A DNA stretch of 64,000 nt from contig NC_068992.1 in NCBI RefSeq assembly GCF_001194135.2, positions 7,297,479 to 7,361,478 on the forward strand, in the 5' to 3' direction. This document shows, piece after piece, positions 52,761-64,000 of the stretch. The position numbers were made by a program, and so were the translations under genes. Under the pieces are notes generated by a model. That model made no database searches, was not told the DNA's origin, and saw nothing but the letters and a program-made list of their open reading frames with translations. The DNA is from Octopus bimaculoides (taxonomy: Eukaryota). Positions within the stretch are counted from its first letter, which is position 1; the number at the start of each line of letters is the position of its first letter.

Positions 52761-53923
52761 TATTGGGTCATCCCATAAATAATGCAGTTTTTAATTCTTC
52801 TTTCTAAAATATACTCTCCTTCATTTTCTACAATGCTCTTCCATATCTATCTGGTAGACTTGCAAGGCCCCTCTTCCAAAATTCACTTGTCCATGATAAA
52901 AAATACTCCTCCAGTACCGTTCTGACCTCATCTACAGAATTCATATTTTTTCCATCCAAATGATTTTGAAGACTGAATAGATGAGAATCAGACAGGGCAA
53001 TGTCCGGCAAATATGGCAGGTGGGGCATTGTTTCCCATTCAAATTGCTCCAGTCTTTGGAATGTCATCCTTGCTGTCATAGTGGCTGAGCATAGTTCTGA
53101 TGGAAGAACATCTTTCATCTTAAAACCAAAAATGGCCATTCTTCTTCTCGTGCTGACTTAAGCCACTCAAGCTTCTCACACTAGATCTCCTTTGTTATCG
53201 TTTGGTTTGGGTTTAAAAGTTCAAAGTGGACTAAACCCTTCATATCCCACCAAACAGACAACAATACCTTACATATGTGAACACCTTCTTTAGCCTGGGG
53301 TGCCGGTGTTTCTCCTTTCCCTACTCATTGTCTTTGGCGCTTGACATTTTTGTAGAGAACCCATTTCTTATCACTATTCAGTCCAAAAAAGGTTCATTCG
53401 TTTGACATGAAAGCAAAGAAGAGCACACATTCACTCTCTGCATGAGATTAGACTCAGAAAGTTTGTGAGGTACCCACTGACCCAATCTGCTGACTTTTCT
53501 GATGGCACGTAGGTGTTGAAAAATGGTTGAATGACCAAATCCAAGCTTCTCTGCAAGTTCTTCAACAGTTGCCATAGGATTCTGTTCCACCAGGGTTTGC
53601 AGGACAGCCTTGTCAAGCTCATCAAGTTGACACTGGTTTATGCTTATTGTCCAATCCCCATATACTGCATTAATATTCCTCATGCTTTCCATTACATTGT
53701 TGCCTTTATGGAACTCATAAAGCAAAATATGCCAAATATGCTCCTTTGTCACTTCCATTATAGCTTTGGAAAAATAAGTGTTAAAATTGAACTGCACTCT
53801 TGAAAATTTGCACTAAACATAAGGACACGGTAAAATTACTACCTGGTTTTATAGCAAGCTGATGCAGGTAGTTTATCCCATCCCCCTCTGACTTTTTTCA
53901 TGCAATTAAAAAAACGGCATTAT
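52761..53923 (-). mobile_element. Near-full-length decayed mariner family 2 with both TIRs and an internal in-frame deletion
   Basis: ORF 53378-53797 MEVTKEHIWHILLYEF...GQWVPHKL; ORF 52828-53139 PHLPYLPDIALSDSHLF; TIR tattgggtcatcccataaataatgcag at 52761; right TIR runs into the gap at 53924. Confidence 0.92.
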
Positions 53924-54064
53924 NNNNNNNNNNNNNNNNNNNNNNNNNNNNNNNNNNNNNNNNNNNNNNNNNNNNNNNNNNNNNNNNNNNNNNNNNNNNN
54001 NNNNNNNNNNNNNNNNNNNNNNNNNNNNNNNNNNNNNNNNNNNNNNNNNNNNNNNNNNNNNNNN

Positions 54065-54107
<43 letters not shown>

Positions 54108-55119
54108 CATATACATACATGCATACGTACATACATACATGCATGCATACATACATACATATGTATATATCGTGTAGATGGTTTTGTTGTTTGTTTTGTT
54201 TTTTTCACACATCTCACCACACAAACTTTGCTAGCATCACATATTCTCTTTTTTTATTGTTAATAATGTTATAGTGCATATTAGCCCTTTATCTATTTAC
54301 TTTGATCTACATTATGAATAGGGCTTTTAGGAACAGTTTCCCCATACACAAGGTCTAGTTTATGCTTGAATCTTGCCTGTAGAACTAAACAGACTCTTCT
54401 TGAAGTAATGTTGAAGATGCATTTAAAAATGGTTGCTATTATTTAACATTATGTCCACTCTGATCAAGCAGACCACTGTCAAAAGAATATCCTTCTCTGA
54501 ATAGATCTGTGATCAAATGTATTCCTTTTTCAAGATGGTAGGATGTAATTTGAGGGTGATTTAGCTGCTATTTCTAGCAGATCAAGCAACCATGTAGAAG
54601 CTCTGGTGTTGGTTGATTTCGGAATTGTTTATCGGGGTGAATAAATTTGCTGCTGTGTAGTCCAAGGTTAGCGTTACTGAAGCAAACCTATGACTCATAC
54701 AATATGGAAAGTAGATATAAAAAAATGTTTTATAGACTATAAAATAATTATTATAAGAATATAATAATGGAGATTTATAGTAGTTTTGTTTTTGGTTTGA
54801 TTGTTGTTGGTTTTGATGTTGTTGCTGTTTTTGATGTTGTTGCTGCTGTTGTTGCATTTAGCCACAAATCAGCTCTGAACTAGCAGAGCTATGACCAAAA
54901 GTCTCTTTTTGTTTTACAGACAGAGTATATCCAAGTCTACATTATTCTGAGATGACAAATTATCATTATTATGCATTGATATATTTGGTCTAATGTCTTC
55001 ACTTTGGTTGTTATAGTTCACAGTCTTCTGACTATTGTAAACCCCAGTCTTCTGCAGGTGCCTGTCACTTTTTTAGAACATTCTTGGAATTTTTGTACTG
55101 GACCCTTTACTATTGAACA

Positions 55120-55450
55120 GGGTACAAAGTTCAGAGACCAGGAAATCATTTCAGGCTGAGCTACTACTTCTCTGCATTGAGAGATCACAGCTCTGGTACT
55201 TCAGACATGTGATTTGAATGTCACAGGAAAGAATTGCAAAATGGATTCTTCAAACTGAGCCAACCAGCAGGAGACGTAGGGTAGACAAGGAACAATATGG
55301 TTGAATAACATGCATAGTCTCAGTTGGTGATCATGCTTCAGAATCCAGCCAAAAAAATCTATTGATAGTTGCTTCTAATAGTAACCTATGGAGAATGTGA
55401 CTGAGGACTCTACTCCTATGAGCCTCTCAGGAATAGTAGGAGGAGAAGAT
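55120..55450 (+). pseudogene. RTE/BovB-like RT C-terminal remnant
   Basis: QAELLLLCIERSQLWYFRHVI*MSQERIAKWILQTEPTSRRR matches the typical ...IERSQLRWFGHV.RM..ER motif. Confidence 0.75.
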
Positions 55451-57486
55451 GGATGGAGCCCCTTATTAAATCCATAGGGCTAGATTGTTTTTATTCCATT
55501 GGGATATTCTATTAAAAGGATGAAGAGTTAAGGTTAAGACTCCTAATTTCTATGACCTAATTGTTGTGAGACATTGGGTGTACATACACACATGCACATA
55601 TACATGTACCCTGGTTCAAGAAGAAAATGAACAAGCAATATCACAAGTAAGAGAATAACTAATAAGAGAATATCCTTAATAAGGAACAATAAAATGAGAA
55701 CAATCTAGCCCCATGGATTTGAAACAGATTTTAGTTCAAGATAAGGACACTGGTTTAAATATATCAGTGTTTTATTATTTAATTATTCAATGTATCTTCC
55801 TTGCTATTGTTTTGTTACTGTTTTTAGCAAGATCAACCACGATCAAATGCATCTATGATCAAAGACATTCCAGTCATGACCATTCCATCTTTTTTTTTTC
55901 TTTTTCAGCCTTAGTGTATCTAAAAACAACATATTCCAAATCATCCTTCCAATTTAAAGACAATAGTGTGATGTGAAAGAGAGATTTGGTTGTTGTTTCT
56001 AGCTGGTCAAATAACAACTTGACAGTCTCTCCTATGTTATTATTGTTGTTGCTGTGATGGTGGTGGTGGTGTTGGTAGTGTTTTTTCATTGTTGTTGTTT
56101 GGGTTGTTGTTTTAGTGATATGCTGTTTAAGCCCACACCAGTCCTAACTGGACAAATCTATAATCAAAAGCATTCAGCAATGACTGCCTTGTTTTTTTTT
56201 CAGGCCTTGTGTACCTCAGACTTCATTATACAATGTGCACTTTTTCTAAGATGGCAGGGGTTTTGTTTGAGATACTTTGCTACTATTTATATCAGCATGA
56301 ATGACCACATAGAAGCTTCCTCACTGGCTTCAGTTGGCCCTGTGATGCAGCTATAGAACATCCAATTCCAGAATGGTGGTGTTGTTATTGATATTGTTGT
56401 TTAGTCCAAGGTCAGCCCTGTTCCAGAAAAGTTATGATTAAAAGTCACGACCATTCTGTCTTTTTGCTTTCAGATAGAGAATATCAATGTGTCCTTCCTT
56501 TTTTTAAGAAGGTAGACTGTGATTTGAAAGAGATTTATCTTGCTATTTTTTCCAGATGAAATGACCACATAGATGCTCCCTTAGCCTTTCTTGACAAGAA
56601 TTATCATTAAAGCTAATGATTTTTCTGTTCATTACAGGTGTAATTTTAATTAATTAAAGATTATTTTTAGTTGTTAAATTATGTTGACCCTCCCCTCCCA
56701 TTTAATTCTTGATTTGTGATGACAACAAAAGGGACACAATTTTAGGTTAATTCTAGGGTGAGAGTTCCTTTTTCAAGGAACCACATCCTTGGTTCTCCAT
56801 TTCTGAGATTTCATAACACACAATGGATCAAAACCTTAAAAACAAAAAAAATAATGATATTCTTCACATGGAAAGTTAACATTTAAAACTTTTTTTTTGT
56901 TTTAAATGTTAAATATTTAGAAAAAAATATAGAAAATATTGCTTACCTTATCTTATTAATTATATTTGTTTATTAAATAATTATTAATATGAATTTTCTG
57001 AATCCTTAAATTACAATTTTAAATATCATGGCAGATCATTTGAAAACCACTGCTCTAAACCTTAGTTTCCCCTCTATCCCTCTGTTTTCTTTTCTATCTA
57101 TATATTTCTTACTATTTCCTTCCTATTTTCCTGGGTATAAGCATCTCTGTATATATCTACACACATTTTGTATACATTCACATATTCCCATCATACCACA
57201 CACATTAGTCATCACTATTCTCTAGCCTCTCTTTCTCCCTATATTCTTCATATGTGTAAATCTATGTATATAGGCAAATAATTTCTCCAAGATCAAATAT
57301 TGCTGATTTCATCTAAAGTGAACATTTAGAAATGCTTTCCTCATCAACTCACTTCTAACTAACAAATAAAGGGAATATTATGTAAAAACTTAGCATTTAT
57401 CAGAATGACACTTTATGAAGTATTCATATGAAATGAAGACTTCTTCTTGCCATTTATATTTAACAGGCAATGGTTATGGTAAAGTT

Positions 57487-57555
57487 TCAATGTTACCATA
57501 CAATGTTCTCTCAATGTTACCATACAATATTCTCTCAAGGTTACCATACAATATT
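57487..57555. repeat. 24-bp minisatellite, about 2.9 copies (tcaatgttaccatacaatgttctc)
   Basis: Three units with one or two substitutions each. Confidence 0.93.
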
Positions 57556-58354
57556 TGCAACACTCTTATTTTAAGCAAAAGCTATCCTATGACAAATGTA
57601 TGTCCACACTGAATGTGTAATAAATATAATTATTTCTACGTTACTTTAGACAACTAACTTTTTGTGCACTGGTTAGAAACTACATATGAAAATGTACACA
57701 GCTCAGAGGGAATTGTGGTGCCTTATGGGCAAAACTTGATATCCTGTCTGAGGATAAACACAGTTTCCTGTTGCAACATCTCATTAGTTATAGTCTTTTA
57801 ATCAATCTTCCCCAGCTTCAGATGCTTGCAAAGGGCATTAACTTTTAAATAATCCTTAAAAAATATTTTGAAAATATTTATGAATGTAAAAACAAGGTTC
57901 TTTAACTTCTATGTAAGTCGAGATTCAACATCTGTTTGGTTAATTAATACATTTTATAATTTTTACTGATATAAGCAAGTGGGAGAAGGAGGAACAATGC
58001 CCATAAAACCTTTGTTGGCCCTCCCAGACTGTTGGGTGTCAGGTGAAAGTGATGCTTCTAATGTCCAATGTGAGCCTCAGAAGGTTATTATCTACAGGAA
58101 AAGTATGGGCACAAAAGGACTTGGAGATTTCTACAAAACAATATTCAGTCAGTAAAAATTTTAAGTATTCTAGAAGGAATCACAAAAATATATTCAGCAT
58201 CTGTTTTATAAATACTTAATCAAAATAATCAAAAATATTGACTATTTTTTCTTTGAATTTGGAGAAATTTAGCCTAAGTTTTATTTTATTATGTGTCTAT
58301 CTCTATAACAAAATTTATCGTATATGTTTTTTTTTCTCTCTCTATTTTTTGCAG

Positions 58355-58390
58355 GAAGGAAAGGTGGTGGTGGTGGTGGTTCAGATGGAG
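58355..58390 (+). CDS. Candidate 36-nt symmetric micro-exon (GRKGGGGGGSDG phase 1-1, or EGKVVVVVVQME phase 0-0)
   Basis: Very strong acceptor ttttttttctctctctattttttgcag; GAG|gtaatg donor. Confidence 0.35.
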
Positions 58391-60199
58391 GTAATGAGCA
58401 AAACTTTTATATTTATTTTTATTCAAATGATTTGTTTTAGTTTAAATGTTTTAGAAAAAAATTTAAATTACATTGTTATTTTTTATATGATTATTATTTT
58501 TTTTATGAAGTAATTTGCATATCTTATTTGATAAGCCAACTAAGAAACAAATAAAATATTCTGAGACACAATCCACATGAAAAATCACTAGTTAAGTCAG
58601 TACTAACATTTCTTCTAGTTAACATTTCAATGTTTCTGATATTAAATATGTTACCACTAACAAAACTATTGTTTTTCTTGTGAATGGTGTCTCTGAACCA
58701 TTTATTCTATTTTGCTATCCCAACAAATGTACACTCTTGTATGTTTATTTATAGATTATTTCATCACTGCTTCAGCAAGTGCAGAGAAAATTCTATTTCA
58801 CTAAGACCAAAACATTTCCTGAATTGTCCCCCTTACTTGCCGAACCCCTATAAATATTAGCAATTCAGCTGATATTGATTTTTTTTTTCTTATTGCATAA
58901 TTATTTCTAATTAGCTTTTTAATACTAATTAGCTTTGCTTTATTGAATAACTTAAAATTAACCTAATATGTAGTTAGCTCTAACTGTTTATATGCTATAC
59001 ATTTTCAATTAAAAATTTTTATGTTAGTTTTACAGAGATCTATTTTTCTCTATCTTAATATGTAACCCAGTTTAAATATGTTCACCTGGTTCATGAGCGC
59101 CTTTAGCAGAACCCATGCTGTTTCAAACCAATCTAGCCAGATTTTCCATTTTGAGATTATTTTCTCACTTCCATCTAATAAAAAGCATCATAGGTACTAC
59201 CCTTTCTACTCTGACTAAGCCATTTATAATAAAAGAAAATGTCACTTTGATAAACAATACAGAGAAAAGTAAAATCACTACAGCAGAACATTGTCAGTCT
59301 TTTGTTTTTGATTTTTTTTTTCCTGCTTTTTTTTTTTTTTTTTTTTTTTTTTTTGTTTTCGGAAAACAGTCATCACTGTAAACTCATCTTGAATAAATAC
59401 ATATATACAGTAGAAGAATGTTCTAACTTCAAGACATAGCATTTTAGTATATGAAGATGTTGAGTTAGAAAACCAAAAGTCTGTAATTATTTTCTCTGAA
59501 ATGATTTATCATCACCATCAATTTTTAGCAATTTATCAAAGAGAGATTATATGTATTCCAGGCTATTCTAGATATGAAACCAAACAGCAATCGTTAACTT
59601 TTCTTTTGATTTAGGAACAATATAACTTTCACTTTCTTATATTTCTCTGAAATATTAGATGTCTAGCCAATTTATATTAGAAATACTGATTATAGTAGTT
59701 AAGTAGTATTGGTACTAAGCTGTTTGACTGCTTGGGAAAAACCATTCAAGTGAAATCTGTTATTAATATCAACTTAAAAGCAACTAGAAATAGCAGGCAG
59801 CTAACTCTCTCTCTCTCTCTCATATCAAACCCTATTATCTTAAGAAAAGAAAGACGTTGGATAATGTAGCCCTAGATACAAACTATGTCAGAATAAAGAC
59901 AGGATGGTCAGAAGCCAAATGGTAGTGCTTAACTAGGGTCAAACAACAACTTTAATGAGCTGACAAAGTAGCACACTAATCATTTAACCTGTCAAATATC
60001 TTTCAAATTACATTTTGCCATCTTTAGAAATATTCTTGAAAACCAAGACAAAATATTCTGTACTCAGAGTTCAAATATCCCTGAAGTCAACTTTGCCTTT
60101 CATCCTTTTGGGGTCAATAAAGTACCAAACCACGACAGAGCATTGACTGAATTGTTAGCGTATGGATGAGATACTTTCTTTGTTTAAGCCCTAAACTCC

Positions 60200-60630
60200 C
60201 TATGGAGCATAAGCCATCAATAACTTTTCCCTGTTGCTCTCATGCTGGATCCAGCTGGATCTCTGCTTTTTTAGCTCTGTTTCAGTAACCTGTCTCCAGC
60301 TATTTTTAGAACCTCTCGTGCCACCCTTGTGGGTTCCAGGTCAGGACTTAACAGGTCATGTTTCCCTGAGAAATGCCTTCTTCTCCAAATTCTTATAATT
60401 TTTTGAATTGTCATCAATACTTCAATTATGTTGGGTTTTTTTCTAGTTAGGAATGTTGATTCTATGCAAACTCATTTTCACCTCTGAAAGAAGTGGTCCT
60501 TATTGGACTGGCCCCTATCCATTGATCTGTCCAACATGGGAGGCCCATCCAGGAACTTGTGCTTCATTGACATAACTCTCAGAGTTATGAGGTACACAAT
60601 CCGCCCCCTACTTCACTGTGTGGTGGACCA
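60200..60630 (-). pseudogene. LINE (RTE-like) RT C-terminal and tail remnant
   Basis: Minus strand VLTWNPQG... matches the ALTWNPQGKR.RGRP motif of RTE-type RTs. Confidence 0.55.
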
Positions 60631-61434
60631 GTTAAGGTACCTTGTGATATTTGTTTTGGCTACTTTGGTTCTCAGTTCTTGGTTGGTAGACTTAATTTGT
60701 TGCTCAGGTTAGCACTAATGTCTGATTCTTAAGTATCTCTTGTAGATTGCCTTCTGTTACAAGAATTCAGGCTAAGGCTCTAGTTTGAGGATAACTTCTT
60801 CACTTCTTCGTACTAATCTCAAAGACCCTTAAAAAATAAAAGGCCGTGGATTGCTTCTGTCATAAGTCTACCCCAATTAGAGTATGCTAAAGTATAAACA
60901 GAAGTGTTAAAAACTGCTATATCATAGTGTAAAATAACCATATCACAGTGAATAAAGATTAGTTTTGTGGCTGAATCATGTAGAAGAAATCTTCAAAAGT
61001 AAAAGGAATTTCAAAACCACATGTTGATAAAAATATATTAAAACTAGATGTATACAAAATTTCTTCACAGAAATGATTGCTTTCTTCTAGTAAAAGTTGC
61101 ATACTCAAAAATAATTAATAAGCAGCTTTCATTATAAGATATATTCGTACCATTTGAATTATTTCCTTCAGTACATTAAATTTTTATTTCTTTTCTTTTG
61201 TGCTTAAGTCATCTTGTTGTTTTTGTTGAACCTCCCCCCCCCCCCCCCCCCGGTTAACCTTGGTTGAGTAAAGCTGTGATTAAAGTCATTATAACTATCA
61301 TTATCCTATCATTTTTCCATATTGTATCTGGGTCTATACTATCCAATGTGTATATCCTTTTTTTTTAAAGATGGTAAGGCGTGATTTGAGGGAGATCAGA
61401 AGCTGATTGCTACTTGTTTTGTTGTTCTGCTGAT

Positions 61435-61620
61435 ATATGAGGGGGGTATTGAAAAGTTCCTGGCTTTGGGTAAAAGAAAATACAGGAGGGTCAGTTAATT
61501 ATGATTTTATTCAACATATTCCCTTCTCAGGTTCACATACTTATTGCAGCAGTCCTTCAGTTTTTCTAGGCCCTATAAAAGAACTCGGAAGGTTGGGCCT
61601 CCAACCAGGCCTTTTGTACC
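61435..61620 (-). mobile_element. Mariner family 3 terminal fragment
   Basis: tatgaggggggtattgaaaagttcc TIR-type start, then ttattcaacatattccc as in the 3' end at 7720. Confidence 0.7.
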
Positions 61621-62881
61621 CCATCATTTCATTCCAAACCAGTTTTGATCAAGCATGCCTATGATCAAGTACACTCTAGCCATGGTCATTTTTTTCTTAT
61701 TATGGGATAGTGTATACTGGTACATTGTCCACTATATCATTTGCAAAATGTTGTTTTAGCTCCGAGATCAGACCTGATCAAGCAGACTTATGATTAAAGG
61801 CATTCCAGCTGGGACCATCCTGTCTATTTCCTATACAGAAGGAATCCAGGAAACCACATTATCTAATGTCTTTCAGTAAGACAGTATGGTTTGATTTGGT
61901 TGCTATTTCTAGCATGTCAGGCAACCACACAGAGGTTATCTTGTCACTAATTAGTTAACTCTCTTCAATGATTTGTTGTTGTTATTTATAGGTTAAAGTC
62001 AGTGAACTGGCAGAATCATCACTGCACCAGCATTTCTTCTGTTCTTTATCTTCTGAGTTCAAGTTTTGTTGATGTCAACTTTTCTTTTCATCCTTCTTGG
62101 GGTTGATACCACTTGAACACTGGTGGCTAATATAATTAGCTATTACTTTCCCCTTATAAAAATTGTTGATTTAGTGCCAAAATTTGAAACTGTTATTTAC
62201 AGTTTACTTAGGAATATAAAAATATATAAATATTTGTACTGCTGTCTTTTTATAATCAGTTGACAGCATGCACGTCTGCTCCAAGATAACGTATTTCTGA
62301 AACAGACAATCATCAGTAGTATTAAAGTACATTTTTTTCCAAAAAACCATTTCATGACTAGATTCCAAATGAGTAGATAGCCTATATTTTTCTATTATTT
62401 TACAGCATGATAACATATTGAAGTGGTTAAATAAAATCTCTACAGCATCACAGATGCTGGCATTGACTAAACGGAACTCATGATGTCATTTATATTATAA
62501 TGAGATTTTGATCTAAATACAAACACTTTGATATGGACACCTTCCAAGTTGTTGGTATTAAAAGAGGTAAACAACCAAATTATAGATAAGAATAAACAGC
62601 ATATTAATTTAATGTTGACACTTTTTTTATTCCTTAATGACTTCAGATAATTATTACAGGAAATAATAATTCCTCTTTTCCCCTCCCGCTATTTCTTTTC
62701 TCTATTCACCTATATAGAATGTGACTTTTCAGCTATACAGTCATATTTTCCTCAAGCCAAACTCTCTAATTTTTTTTACACAAATGCATAATCAACTAAA
62801 GCGCTAGATTTTTGTTTCCATTATATTCAATTATTTACCCACACACAAACATATATATATGTATATATATANNNNNNNNNN

Positions 62882-62924
<43 letters not shown>

Positions 62925-64000
62925 TACATAAATACACACACATTTATACACATACAGTTTATGTATATTTATTTTTATTTTTATATACAAACATATTTAT
63001 ACGTATGTTTGTATGTATATAGTTAGCTAATTTTGCTGTTTGTTTTTCCCCTGTCTGTAAAATCTATTAAAATAGCAACAAAACATTTGTTTGTGTGAAA
63101 TATTTGCACATTTACTTTTTCAGGTATTGCAATGACATTTATAGATTTTACTAGATTTTAAATGATTTAAGAGTGCAAGTAACTTCACATAGAATACAAG
63201 ATGATGCTGAAAATGTGTTGCTAGGAAACATATGATCGAATCATTTGAAAGTACATTAGTTTTCTAGGAAGAATGTTTAGTTTCACTGTCATATAATTGG
63301 ATTCCTATTAATATGTTGTTGAGTTGTAGTAAATCAGATATTTTTGACTATTGGCTAGTCAGAGAAAACAAACCCTGCCCCTTTTCAGGGTATGTTTGAA
63401 TCTAGAGAAAAGAAGTAAAACAACCTGAGACGTGGGACCTAGCAGAAATGCTTGAAACCATACAAGACTCTACCAAATTCATTCAATGATCAGAAAATCA
63501 TTTTTAAGTGATTGTGACATTAAGGTTACAAACCTAGAATAGGAACATTTCATTCTATAAGCTTCCAAATTTCATTCTCAATGTTTTGGTTGACCTGAAC
63601 CTAGAAGACATTTGACTGTAGTGGCACACTGTGGAATTGAATGTGAGACCATGTAGCTGCAAAAGCAAATAGCTTAACCATGCAGCCATATCTGCATCTG
63701 TTTTGAATAAGTTGAAAAGAGTCTGAAGCAATATAAAAATAGTCTACCACAGACAGTTCTCTTATTTTTTCTCTTTTTATTCATTGTATTTTTAGCCTCT
63801 CGTATACTGACATGTTTGACAAATAAAAATTTTATAAGTGTGTAAATGTCAGTTAAATTTGTGAAGCATTTCATATTTTTCTAATATAATGGTGCAAATA
63901 TGAGTATGTAATTAAAAGTTTTAATTTGTAGTCACAGGGATTCAGGTTCAGTCACAAAATGTGATACCTTAGGCAAGTGTTTTGTGTGTGTGTGTGTGTG

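Larger units (their letters stand above)
51810..56590 (+). mobile_element. Dense field of family C dispersed repeat copies (about 200-250 bp: gttgttgtttagccc..cagacctatgatcaaa..cattcca..gtgatttgagggagatt..gctgctatttctagc), same orientation
   Basis: Copies near 51810, 52040, 54430, 54850, 55790, 56100 and 56390; others at 6860, 13700, 39000, 42570, 47340, 47620, 61240 and 61640 (+) and at 22210, 25640, 29850, 39715 and 59770 (-). Confidence 0.7.

Noticed and set aside
37922-56950. Minus-strand gene suggested by donors near 37925, 50735 and 56945
   Set aside because: They do not chain into a coherent peptide, and some lie in repeat-derived sequence. Kept as a reminder of the background rate of splice-like signals.

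Overview
Eukaryotic, very AT-rich, repeat-dense genomic DNA with nine N-gaps, mostly flanked by (TA)n. The repeat complement (tRNA-head SINEs, RTE-type LINE 3' ends with (GAT)n tails, several mariner families, abundant compound microsatellites) points to an octopus/coleoid cephalopod draft assembly (inference). None of the listed ORFs is a complete gene: they are microsatellite or gap artefacts, transposon remnants, or single exons. Reading splice signals by hand gives a chain of short, partly phase-compatible + strand exons from about 5 kb to 51.2 kb. The 3' part (35.2, 42.3, 42.9, 47.1, 48.6 and 51.1 kb) resembles, by eye and in collinear order, the C-terminal non-catalytic half of cap2 2'-O-methyltransferase CMTR2/FTSJD1/adrift. 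This is tentative: it rests on a remembered sequence, and no catalytic K-D-K-E motifs were found in the window. The introns hold decayed RTE LINEs, mariners and SINEs. The most notable non-coding structures are a roughly 200-bp-arm inverted repeat rich in A-C mismatches (19.56-20.10 kb), a perfect 20-bp hairpin at a repeat junction (6.04-6.08 kb) and an alternating-orientation SINE cluster (36.1-36.9 kb). All are candidate dsRNA substrates for ADAR in a lineage known for heavy A-to-I editing. No CRISPR array, rRNA or intact tRNA was seen.
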